IMG/VR virus record: IMGVR_UViG_3300047462_000211
Strand: one strand, 5' to 3'
Source of the DNA: a virus
Lineage: Duplodnaviria; Heunggongvirae; Uroviricota; Caudoviricetes
DNA length: 64,000 nucleotides
A program made the position numbers and the translations under genes. Position 1 is the stretch's first letter; each line of letters begins with the position of its first letter. Below, one piece after another: positions 47,785-56,616 of the stretch. The notes under the pieces are model-generated. The model was not told the DNA's origin. It worked only from the letters and a program-made list of their open reading frames with translations, and did no database searches.

Positions 47785-49185
47785 ATGAAACCATATCAAG
47801 TTGTTGAAAAATTAGAAAAAACTCCTGGCAAAAAAGATAAAGAACAAATTCTTATTGAAGCATTTATGAGCAACAACCATGAATTTTTTATTGGTGCACA
47901 ATATGCGTTAGATAATTTGATTTCATTTGGTGTTAAACAAGTCGCACTAATTGATGATTCAGATTTAAATCCAGAAAATCCTGGAACTGTAAGTTTTGAT
48001 GATTTCATTGATTTATTGAAAAAATTATCAGCAAGAAAATTAACTGGTCATGCAGCAAGAGATGCTATTAATGAAATGGCATCTAATTGTCATGGTCCAA
48101 CATGGAATTCATTTTATCGAAGAGTTTTATTAAAGAATTTGCGATGTGGTGTTGATACATCAATCAATAAAGTTTTGGAAAAATTAAAAGCATATCCAGA
48201 AGCAGAAGAATTAAAAATCCCAGTATTTTCTTGCCAATTAGCAAGCGATGGTTCCAAACCACCACATAATAAGAAATTAAAATCGACTATGTATCTGCAA
48301 TTAAAAATAGATGGGTCAAGATTGCTGACCTTTCTTAATAAAGAAGATGGAACGGTTAAACAATATTCTCGTGTTGGTCATTTAAATGAAAATTTCTCAC
48401 ATATTACGGAACCTCTTAAAAAATTACTTCCTCATTTAAAAGAATCTGTTGTTTTTGATGGTGAAATAGTTGGTAAATCTTTTCAGGAATTGATGAAATC
48501 ATTTAGTAGAAAAACAGAAACAACCAATGATTCAAAACTTGCTTTATTTGATATGATTCCAATGAATGATTTCAAAAAAGGATATTGTGCATTATCACAA
48601 GAAAAACGACATTGGTTATTATCTGAATTTCAAACGTCTGGTTTGTTTACAAAATACACAAACGGTTTGGTTTATGTTTTGCCAGAAAAAATTGTAGATT
48701 TTGATACTGATGATGGACAAGAAGAATTCAAAAAATTTGTTAATTATGCTGCATCTTTACGTGTTAATGACCCAACAATTGAGGGTGTTATGGTCAAAGA
48801 TATGAAAGCACCCTATGAAGGTAAACGTGTTGATAAATGGTTAAAAATCAAACCGTTTGTTTCAGTATCTTTGACAGTAATGTCTGTAGAATTAGGTGAC
48901 AAAGATGGCAAATATAAAAATGTTATTGGAAATATCATTTGTGAAGGCATTGATGATGGTGTGAAAATAAAAGTTTCTGTAAGCAGTGGCATTACAGATG
49001 ATTTGCGTAAAGAATGGTTGGTTAAACCGCCTATTGGTTTTATTGTTGAAATTGAAGGTGATGCTTTTACATTAGATGAAGCGGCTATCAAAGAAGCAGA
49101 ATATACAGGAAATGACCCTGTTTATTCAATTCGTTTTCCAAGATACAAGGGACAAAGAGGATTTAAGGCTGGACAAAAAATTTGA
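47785..49185 (+). CDS. ATP-dependent DNA ligase
   Basis: Motif I LQLKIDGSR (KxDG), III VVFDGEIV, IV EGVMVKD, V DKWLKIK. The track start 47704 would overlap the divergent gene; the in-context ATG is at 47785. Confidence 0.85.
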   Translation: MKPYQVVEKLEKTPGKKDKEQILIEAFMSNNHEFFIGAQYALDNLISFGVKQVALIDDSDLNPENPGTVSFDDFIDLLKKLSARKLTGHAARDAINEMASNCHGPTWNSFYRRVLLKNLRCGVDTSINKVLEKLKAYPEAEELKIPVFSCQLASDGSKPPHNKKLKSTMYLQLKIDGSRLLTFLNKEDGTVKQYSRVGHLNENFSHITEPLKKLLPHLKESVVFDGEIVGKSFQELMKSFSRKTETTNDSKLALFDMIPMNDFKKGYCALSQEKRHWLLSEFQTSGLFTKYTNGLVYVLPEKIVDFDTDDGQEEFKKFVNYAASLRVNDPTIEGVMVKDMKAPYEGKRVDKWLKIKPFVSVSLTVMSVELGDKDGKYKNVIGNIICEGIDDGVKIKVSVSSGITDDLRKEWLVKPPIGFIVEIEGDAFTLDEAAIKEAEYTGNDPVYSIRFPRYKGQRGFKAGQKI

Positions 49186-49210
49186 GAATTAAGAATTTAT
49201 TAGCCTAAAA

Positions 49211-49250
49211 GGCTCCAACGAGGTGTTCAAGACCTCGTTGGAGCCAAATT
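49211..49250. terminator. Strong hairpin terminator: 14-bp perfect stem ggctccaacgaggt/acctcgttggagcc, loop gttcaag, A/T flanks
   Basis: Read directly, just after the ligase stop. Flanked by AAAA 5' and AAATTT 3', so potentially bidirectional. Confidence 0.8.
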
Positions 49251-49381
49251 TAGGTCGCGGTGCAAAGTCTATCCCTCGGCACTGCGGTGAAAGCTGAGCC
49301 TATTAAGCCCTGCCTGTCGTTTTCCAACGATAAAAGTAATATAGACGCTATTTTTATTATGTCAATAAGAAAAAATGCACT

Positions 49382-49509
49382 GAAACGAAAAGTAAACCAT
49401 GACTTGAAAACCCGCCAAGTCTCGCTGTTACACGATTTACTACGTGGGAAACGAAAAGTAAACCATGACATCATTGGTCTCATAGTGAATTGCCCAGATG
49501 ATTTACTAC
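49382..49509. CRISPR. Candidate orphan mini-CRISPR array: 66-bp period, full 36-nt repeat GATTTACTACGTGGGAAACGAAAAGTAAACCATGAC flanked by two exactly 30-nt variable segments and degenerate terminal repeats
   Basis: gaaacgaaaagtaaaccatgac occurs at 49382 and 49448. gatttactac occurs at 49434 and 49500. Intervening segments are 30 nt each and unrelated to one another. The repeat contains an internal TTTACT/AGTAAA palindrome. AT-rich leader-like sequence lies upstream. The alternative reading is iterons or a protein-binding-site array. Confidence 0.4.
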
Positions 49510-50504
49510 CAGTAATTTGTGATAATTAAATGCCTAACATCTTGATTATTTCTGTTTTTAAAATTCACACTGTATTTCTTATCAAATGATTTTATATTAA
49601 ATCCAGTATATAGTTTACTTATGTTTGGTGTTTCTTTCACAACTGCCATGAATTTTGCTGGTGTTATAGTCAACAAATCTGCCAATTCTATTTGTTTATT
49701 GAAATCAAAATCTTCTTCTTTATTATATTGAGAAAATTCGCTGTCATATGGCGGGTCAATAAAAATAAAATCGTATTTTGTAAAATTATTATATTTTGAA
49801 AAAAATCTTTTGAAATCCATGCAATTAAATTCTGTATTATTATAAAAACTTCTTTCTGATAAATCTAACATATTATAGAATTTACTTCGCATTCTCTTTT
49901 TATTATATGAAATACCACCATATGGAACATTGAAATTTCCATTTTTGCAAAATCTAAACATTCCAGAATAAGACAATTCTCGCATAATAAAAAAGTAAGC
50001 ACTATCAGCACAAGGTGCTTTATTATAAAATTCTCGATATGCATAATATAAAGCGGCATGCATTGCTGTTTTTATAAACAAAAAATATTCTTCATCGGTT
50101 ATTTTTTTATTATTTTTTAGTTCTATTTTTTGAATTAATTTATTTTTACTATCTATTTCTCTTTGAAAATATTTTATATAAGCTGGATGAGTGCAAATAG
50201 TTTTATTTTTCTCGAAAATATTATGCCCAATGTTCAAATCCAATTCATCAATAGCATCAGAAATATCATCAAAATCTTTTAAATCCTCATAAATTAACCA
50301 AAAATTATCGTTTATATCTACATAAAATTTCATTAATTCATTATTCAAATCATTTACGATGCTTTTTTCATGTTCAAGATGAAAATATAAAGCACCGCCG
50401 CCAAGAAATGGTTCAACATATCTATCAAAATTTTTTGGCATGTTTTCAAGAATTACTGGTATTTCAGAAGTTTTTCCACCAGTCCATTTAATAATGTTTT
50501 TCAC
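49506..50504 (-). CDS. N6-adenine DNA methyltransferase, D12/Dam-like class
   Basis: KWTGGKTSEIP...YVEPFLGGGALYF (motif I), DPPYDSEF (motif IV). Confidence 0.8.
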   Translation of the reverse strand: MKNIIKWTGGKTSEIPVILENMPKNFDRYVEPFLGGGALYFHLEHEKSIVNDLNNELMKFYVDINDNFWLIYEDLKDFDDISDAIDELDLNIGHNIFEKNKTICTHPAYIKYFQREIDSKNKLIQKIELKNNKKITDEEYFLFIKTAMHAALYYAYREFYNKAPCADSAYFFIMRELSYSGMFRFCKNGNFNVPYGGISYNKKRMRSKFYNMLDLSERSFYNNTEFNCMDFKRFFSKYNNFTKYDFIFIDPPYDSEFSQYNKEEDFDFNKQIELADLLTITPAKFMAVVKETPNISKLYTGFNIKSFDKKYSVNFKNRNNQDVRHLIITNYW

Positions 50505-50506
50505 AT

Positions 50507-51234
50507 CTATTCCTTAATAAAAATATTTTTTATTGAATTCTTTTTGTATTCTATCTTCTGCGCTATTTTGAAATATTTTTCATCTTTTTCTATACCAATA
50601 AATTTTCTATTTTCTAAAACACACGCAACCCCAGTTGTTCCGCTGCCCATTGTATTGTCTAAAACCACATCATCTATATCGGAATATGTTTTTAAATATC
50701 TCATCAAATCTATTGGTTTTTGTGTTGGATGCAATCCACATTGTGAAGAGTGTTTAGGAAAATTTAATATAGTTTTTGGATATTTCATTCCAGAAGTATC
50801 ATCAGCTACTCTTTTATTAATTAAACGAGTTTCGGAAAAATTTTCTTTTGCATTTTTACCTTGAATATGATTTGGTTTTCCAGAAATCATTTGTGGATTA
50901 TATTTTGTTTGTTTTTTACCAAAAACAATAATATCTTCATGTTGTTTTAATGGTTGTTTTTTTGCATTTGCAAAATTGGCAGCATTTTCTTTATTCCAAA
51001 TCCAAGAACATCGAAACATTTCAAGATTTGATGATACTAACATGGACGTAAATGGTTGAGATTTTTATATTCGAACCATAATTTGTCCATAGGAATTATT
51101 TTATCAAATTCGGCATAAGTAGTACCGTAAGGCAAATCTGCTAAAATTAAATCAACATTTTTGTCTGAAATTTTTTTCATTATATTAAGACAATCACCCA
51201 AATATAATTCATATTTTTCTTTAATTGAAACCAT
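50507..51234 (-). pseudogene. Beta-class N4/N6 DNA methyltransferase split by a -1 frameshift (51037..51234 N-terminal part with DLPYG; 50507..51043 C-terminal part with TMGSGTTGVA)
   Basis: N-terminal ORF has LILADLPYGTTY (motif IV first). C-terminal ORF has CSWIWNKEN and VLDNTMGSGTTGVACV (motif I). The two frames overlap near an A5 run at about 51040-51060. Confidence 0.6.
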
Positions 51235-51289
51235 TAAATACCATTTTAAAAAAGTTCATAAATACCATTATAACATATTTGGTTTAGAA

Positions 51290-52552
51290 ATGGCATATTT
51301 AATTACAACAACTAATGGCGCAGTATTAGGTGAAGTTTTACCACAACAATCTAATAATACATTTAGTTCTTTAACGTTAATTGGTGAAGGTTTGCTAAAT
51401 TACGGGCAATATTTGAATGATGATTTGATTGCCTTAACTGAAAATTTTGCGAATACTTCTTCACCAATTTATCCATTAGTTGGGCAGCTTTGGTATAACA
51501 CTGCATCAAAACTTTTAAATTATTATGATGGTTTAAGTTGGGACGCTGTTGCTTCACAAAATTGGGTATCTAGTAATTTTGTTGCTAGTGCATCATATAA
51601 TTCTATATCAAGTACAATTTCAAACATTATTGCTTCTGATGGTTTAAATTCAGATGGAACAAAATCGAATTATACATCAAATAATTATATTTTAAATAGT
51701 GATTCATTACTTTCAGCAATTAGCAAATTAGATCATGCTTTATCCAGTTCAAATACACCAGCTTCATATTTGACAATTTCTGCTGCGCAATCAACTTACG
51801 CGCCATTAATATCTCCAAATTTTTCTGGAATACCAACTGCACCAACTGCTTCTGCTGGAACAAATAATTCTCAAATTGCAACAACAAATTTTGTATCTAG
51901 TAATTTTGTTTCAACAACATCTGCTGGTTCACTTTATTTAACAGTAGTCAGTGCAGCTTCAACATATGCGCCAATTGCATCACCCACATTTACTGGTTCG
52001 CCAACTGCACCAACTCCAACAACCACAGATAATAGCACAAAACTTGCTACTACTGCTTTTGTAAATTCATTTTCAACGACATTAAGCAATCAAATTTTAA
52101 CTAATGTTAGCGGGACATATCTTACCATTGCTGCTGCACAATCTGAATATGCACCAAAAGTATCACCAAATTTTGGCGGTATTCCAACAGCACCAACACC
52201 AGCTACAGGAAATTCAAGCACACAATTAGCAACCACACAATTTGTGCAAAATACTATTACTTCATTATTTGGTTCTAATTTATCACAAAATGGATATCAA
52301 AAATTATCAAGTGGTTTAATTATGCAATGGACAGAAATTAATGGCACTGGACCTTGGACATATCCCATAGCTTTTCCAAATTCTTGTTTTATATGCATAG
52401 GAAATGCTTATGTAAACAATTCTACTTATATTGACGTTATTGAAATGGGTACATTTAGTGCAACACAAGCAACATTTTCAATAAGTAGAGTTGGTCCAAG
52501 CTATGAAGGTAGTGGGTCTGGAATAGCTTGGTTATTTGCTTTAGGATTTTAA
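51290..52552 (+). CDS. Tail fibre protein (420 aa) with three Phage_fiber_2 repeats
   Basis: Shared N-terminal module (..NYGQYLNDDLIALTENFANTSSPIYPLVGQLWYN). Repeats SPNFSGIPTAPTASAGTNNSQIATTNFV / SPTFTGSPTAPTPTTTDNSTKLATTAFV / SPNFGGIPTAPTPATGNSSTQLATTQFV. C-terminal GYQKLSSGLIMQW module. CATAAATA lies 28 nt upstream. Confidence 0.85.
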   Translation: MAYLITTTNGAVLGEVLPQQSNNTFSSLTLIGEGLLNYGQYLNDDLIALTENFANTSSPIYPLVGQLWYNTASKLLNYYDGLSWDAVASQNWVSSNFVASASYNSISSTISNIIASDGLNSDGTKSNYTSNNYILNSDSLLSAISKLDHALSSSNTPASYLTISAAQSTYAPLISPNFSGIPTAPTASAGTNNSQIATTNFVSSNFVSTTSAGSLYLTVVSAASTYAPIASPTFTGSPTAPTPTTTDNSTKLATTAFVNSFSTTLSNQILTNVSGTYLTIAAAQSEYAPKVSPNFGGIPTAPTPATGNSSTQLATTQFVQNTITSLFGSNLSQNGYQKLSSGLIMQWTEINGTGPWTYPIAFPNSCFICIGNAYVNNSTYIDVIEMGTFSATQATFSISRVGPSYEGSGSGIAWLFALGF

Positions 52553-52555
52553 AAT

Positions 52556-53683
52556 TTGTTATTATATTCATCAGATAAATCACAGATATTAACGGTAAAT
52601 AATTTTACAACGGATAATTCAACATCATTAACTTTTATAGGTTATGGTTATGTAAATCCAGAAAATCCTTCTGGTGAAATTTTAAATCAAAATCTTCTTT
52701 ATTTGCTTCAAAATTTTTCATCTGGAAATGCACCTATTAATCCTCTTATTGGACAAACATGGTTTAATGATTCAACTAATATTTTTAATGTATATAATAA
52801 TTCCGGTTGGGATGGATTAATTTCAGAATCTAATATATCAAGCACACAATATGTAAATACAAATATTGAAACACAAAGCGATATTTTGTCTGATAATTTC
52901 GCAAATCTATCATTTTTAAATTCACAAAATTATGAACGAGAAATAAATTTAAATTATATTACATTGTCTCAAATATATGGTTATGCAACAACATCTTATC
53001 TTAATACAAGTATAACAAATTTTCTTAATAATTTTGTTTTAACATCATCTCTTAGTAGTACATTTGTCACAAGTTCTCAGTTATCTGGTTATAATTATTT
53101 AAATCAAAACACTTTAACATCTTTAAATTTAGCAACAGAAAATCAATTATCAAATCTTTTAACACAAAATCAAACAATTACATTTTCTGGAGATATTACT
53201 GGTTCTGGCACAAACAGCATTAATTCTAATTTGTCTACAATAACAAGTGCAGGAACTTATGAAAATATTGCAGTAAATGTAAAAGGGTTAATTGTTTCTA
53301 ATGTTGGTTTGAATGAAACAATAATTTCTAACGCTCTTGGTTTTACTCCACTTGGATTAAGTAATATTTCTGATTCAATATTAACAAATTCAGGTTATCA
53401 AAAATTACCATCTGGATTAATTATTCAATGGATTCAAAGCAATGTGGACCCGGCAGATAATACAGAAACAACGCAAACATTACCATGGGCATTAGCATTT
53501 CCAAATTCATTTTTGGGTGCAACTGTTTCAACAAATATTCAAACATCATCATCCAATGCGGATTTATGGTATCAAATATCAGAAAGTCAAACAAATAGCT
53601 CACAGGTAGTTATAAATAGACATAATGATTCTTCATCTAACAATACAACTACGTCTGCATTCATTATAGGCTTTGGATATTAA
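52556..53683 (+). CDS. Tail fibre protein paralog (375 aa)
   Basis: Same N-terminal (LLYLLQNFSSGNAPINPLIGQTWFN) and C-terminal (GYQKLPSGLIIQW...FIIGFGY) modules, different centre. Confidence 0.8.
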   Translation: MLLYSSDKSQILTVNNFTTDNSTSLTFIGYGYVNPENPSGEILNQNLLYLLQNFSSGNAPINPLIGQTWFNDSTNIFNVYNNSGWDGLISESNISSTQYVNTNIETQSDILSDNFANLSFLNSQNYEREINLNYITLSQIYGYATTSYLNTSITNFLNNFVLTSSLSSTFVTSSQLSGYNYLNQNTLTSLNLATENQLSNLLTQNQTITFSGDITGSGTNSINSNLSTITSAGTYENIAVNVKGLIVSNVGLNETIISNALGFTPLGLSNISDSILTNSGYQKLPSGLIIQWIQSNVDPADNTETTQTLPWALAFPNSFLGATVSTNIQTSSSNADLWYQISESQTNSSQVVINRHNDSSSNNTTTSAFIIGFGY

Positions 53684-53684
53684 A

Positions 53685-54869
53685 ATGACGGTTTTTACAA
53701 TTAAAAATTCAGATGGTTCTGTTTTAACAACAATTTCTAACTTAAGTGTCGATAATACAACATCATTATCTTTACCAGGATATGGCTATCCATCATGGGC
53801 AGAAACTTTTAATCAAAATTTTGTTTATTTACTTCAAAATTTTTCATCATCTGGTGCTCCAAATAATCCAACCCAAGGACAATTATGGTATAATAATTCA
53901 ACAAATAATTTACAAGTTTATACATTATCTTCTGGAACATATAGCTGGCAAATTTTAGCTACAGAAAATTGGTTGGCAACTGAAGGATATTTAACACAAA
54001 GCGATGTTGCTAATTTTGCAACTATACAATGGGTTGAACAACAAAATTATGTTACACAAAGCTATGTTCTTGGTCAAAATTATGTTACTGCATCATATGT
54101 GGCTGGACAAAATTTTGTTACTCAAAGCTATTTAACTTCACAAAATTATATAAATCAAGCAGCTTTGAATAACGCTTTAACACAAGCAACTAATTCATTA
54201 TCAACATCTTATGTTACAGAATCCTATTTTGTTGCTCAAAATTATATAACACAAACCTATCTTGCTTCACAAAATTTTGTAACGGCTTCTTATGTAGCTG
54301 CACAAAATTATGCGCCTGCTACAGCCCTTGCTGGCTATCTTACAGCCAATCAAACAATAACGGTGTCTGGTGATGCATCTGGTTCTGGAAGCACTTCTAT
54401 CGCTCTTACATTGGCTTCTACTGGCGTATCTGCTGGCACATATTCAAAAGTTGTTGTGAATGCAAAGGGATTGGTTACCGCTGGTTCTTCATTAGTATCT
54501 GTTGATGTTACTGCTGCATTGGGTTTTACTCCATTATCATTAACAAATTTTGGTGCATCAATTGGAACAAATGGTTATCAAATTTTACCATCTGGATTAA
54601 TTATTCAATGGGTTACTGGTAACTCAGACCCAGCAGATAATACAACACCAACACAAATTTTAAATTGGGCGTTGACATTTCCAAATGGTTTAATTGGAGC
54701 ATCGGTATCAACTTATATTGCCACATCAGCAAACGATGATACTTGGTATCAAGTTATAAGTTCTGGTTCTAATTCATCACAAGTCATTGTTCAAAGACAA
54801 GCTGGACAAGGAGTTGGAGCAACATTTAATTCAACAACCAAACCATTCATTATTGGTATTGGTAATTAA
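53685..54869 (+). CDS. Tail fibre protein paralog (394 aa)
   Basis: N-terminal FVYLLQNFSSSGAPNNPTQGQLWYN. Central Q(S/N)Y(V/L)TQSY 9-10-aa repeats. C-terminal GYQILPSGLIIQW...FIIGIGN. Start is 1 nt after the previous stop. Confidence 0.8.
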   Translation: MTVFTIKNSDGSVLTTISNLSVDNTTSLSLPGYGYPSWAETFNQNFVYLLQNFSSSGAPNNPTQGQLWYNNSTNNLQVYTLSSGTYSWQILATENWLATEGYLTQSDVANFATIQWVEQQNYVTQSYVLGQNYVTASYVAGQNFVTQSYLTSQNYINQAALNNALTQATNSLSTSYVTESYFVAQNYITQTYLASQNFVTASYVAAQNYAPATALAGYLTANQTITVSGDASGSGSTSIALTLASTGVSAGTYSKVVVNAKGLVTAGSSLVSVDVTAALGFTPLSLTNFGASIGTNGYQILPSGLIIQWVTGNSDPADNTTPTQILNWALTFPNGLIGASVSTYIATSANDDTWYQVISSGSNSSQVIVQRQAGQGVGATFNSTTKPFIIGIGN

Positions 54870-54892
54870 TAAATAAAAAAAAAGGAATAATT

Positions 54893-55435
54893 ATGGGACA
54901 AAAATTTGCGGCATTTAATGAAACAGGAACAATCATAGCATTTTATGATAGTGTTGATAGTCCTTTGCCTGTTGGTGTTGGTGCTAATGCCATTCCAATT
55001 ACTGACCAACAGTGGCAAATGTGTTTGGCAAGTCCTGGAGGCTTTATCGTTGTTAATAAAATGTTAACTGCTTCTACAATTCCTGTTCAAACACCAAAAG
55101 CACCAACATTAACACAACAAGCCAAATCACTTTTGGCTAATGGCGTTTCTGTTATTAGTAATAGTGTTTCTGCAATTTCAAGCACTTATGCAATTGACAC
55201 AATTTCAATGTCAAAAGCGATGAATACTGCTATGTATGTTCAGATGAATAATAAATTTCCTGGTAATCAAACCACATTACCTTGGCAAGATGCTGGTAAT
55301 AATACTGTTGTATTTCCAACAACTGTATCATTTTTGAATTTTGTAAATGGTTTATCTGATTATGTTTCTGCTTTGGATGCTGTTATGTTGGGAACATCAA
55401 CTACGTTGCCAAAAAATCCAATTACAATTGACTAA
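54893..55435 (+). CDS. Tail-fibre assembly chaperone-like protein (180 aa)
   Basis: Position immediately after the fibre genes, size, AAGGAA Shine-Dalgarno, and N-terminal pattern ..TIIAFYDSV..P....ANAIPITDQQWQ....GGFIVVN typical of Caudovirales Tfa proteins. Confidence 0.5.
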   Translation: MGQKFAAFNETGTIIAFYDSVDSPLPVGVGANAIPITDQQWQMCLASPGGFIVVNKMLTASTIPVQTPKAPTLTQQAKSLLANGVSVISNSVSAISSTYAIDTISMSKAMNTAMYVQMNNKFPGNQTTLPWQDAGNNTVVFPTTVSFLNFVNGLSDYVSALDAVMLGTSTTLPKNPITID

Positions 55436-55899
55436 TGAGATACTTTGAAATTCTTGAAAGTTTTTATGATAGTTTTAGATTACCATCTTATTTAATATCT
55501 CCTGGACAATCAGAAATTTGTGAGATTTTTAAAAATCCAACAAAATCAGAATATAAAATTTGTCAAGGAAAATTAAATAAAGAAGTACGAGCATTTATTG
55601 TTGGAAATGATTTGTTTGCTTGGGATTCAAATTGTTTACATCAAACAGTCAAAAACCATTTAAAATTATCAGACGATTCGATACCATTTATTATTTGGGG
55701 AAATTTTGAAAATTATGCTGATTGCCAAATAACTGATACAATAAAAAATTCTCATTTATGGCACAATCCAAAAGTTGCTGAAATTATAATGAATAATCCT
55801 TATATAAAGAGAAATTTCACACAAGTTGAAGTGTCTTATTACGATGAAGATATTTATGGTGATTGGGCAAAACTTACTAATGATGAAGAAGAATATTGA
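55435..55899 (+). CDS. Hypothetical protein (154 aa)
   Basis: ORF track. Coupled to Tfa. Confidence 0.45.
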   Translation: MRYFEILESFYDSFRLPSYLISPGQSEICEIFKNPTKSEYKICQGKLNKEVRAFIVGNDLFAWDSNCLHQTVKNHLKLSDDSIPFIIWGNFENYADCQITDTIKNSHLWHNPKVAEIIMNNPYIKRNFTQVEVSYYDEDIYGDWAKLTNDEEEY

Positions 55900-55974
55900 A
55901 ATTATAATTTAATTAATATATTTTCTATTTGAATGTCGAAAAAATAATCGACAAAATAAAAATTGGATTAATTA

Positions 55975-56616
55975 ATGAATTATAGAGTTATTTGTAATCA
56001 AACTATTATTTTGAGTGAACAAAATAGAAAAATTCATTCAGAAGAATGTTTAGAAATGGTTGATGGTTTATCTGAACCAGGACAATCATTAGATTTTTAT
56101 GAAGCCACAAGAAAAACCAATAAGAAAAAAGCAAAAAAAGATGTTATTCTTGGTAAAATGGGTGAAATATTATCCAAAAATTATCTTATGAAAGAATTTA
56201 ATCTTCCTGAAATTGAAATCGATTTTTCAATCAAAGATAAAAAAAACAAAGGATGGGAACATGATATTCCCTATTCAAAAATATCAGAAAATCTTCCAAA
56301 TTTTCATGTCAAAACATGTAGCAAATCAACATTAAAATATTGTCCAGCAAAACAACCAAGTTGGATGTTTCAAAAATCAGATAAAATGGTTTTTAAGAAA
56401 ACAGATGAAGAAACCAAAAATGATTATTGTGTTTTCGTTTATATGGATAATGAAAATTCAACAGAAGGCAAAATTATGGCGATATTACCAATTAATGAAG
56501 TTAAACAAAAATGTAGAGAACCAGGAGTTCATCAATTAAGAAATTCAAAAACAACTTTGTATTTTGCTGATTATGTCAATGAATTACCAGAAGAATTAGA
56601 GGAAGCAATTTCTTAA
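55975..56616 (+). CDS. Hypothetical protein (213 aa), tandem paralog of 56616..57323
   Basis: Shared G(K)xGE...(I/L)..ID....KGW.HD.PY...LPNFHVKTCSK.TL...SW.FQ..DK..F...DY.VFVY.D...IM...PI.EVK..R.P....SKT.LYF. Confidence 0.55.
   Translation: MNYRVICNQTIILSEQNRKIHSEECLEMVDGLSEPGQSLDFYEATRKTNKKKAKKDVILGKMGEILSKNYLMKEFNLPEIEIDFSIKDKKNKGWEHDIPYSKISENLPNFHVKTCSKSTLKYCPAKQPSWMFQKSDKMVFKKTDEETKNDYCVFVYMDNENSTEGKIMAILPINEVKQKCREPGVHQLRNSKTTLYFADYVNELPEELEEAIS

Noticed and set aside
49251-49335. tRNA / tmRNA in the GC-rich segment after the ligase terminator
   Set aside because: No T-loop or acceptor pairing could be built on either strand.
51161-51289. N-terminal 43 codons of track ORF 51161..52552
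   Set aside because: They overlap the MTase N-terminal fragment on the opposite strand. The conserved fibre N-terminus (MAYLITTTNG) begins at 51290.
35014-55435. Diversity-generating retroelement acting on the tail fibres
   Set aside because: No reverse-transcriptase-like ORF (no YxDD motif) and no template-repeat/variable-repeat near-identical pair were found in the window.
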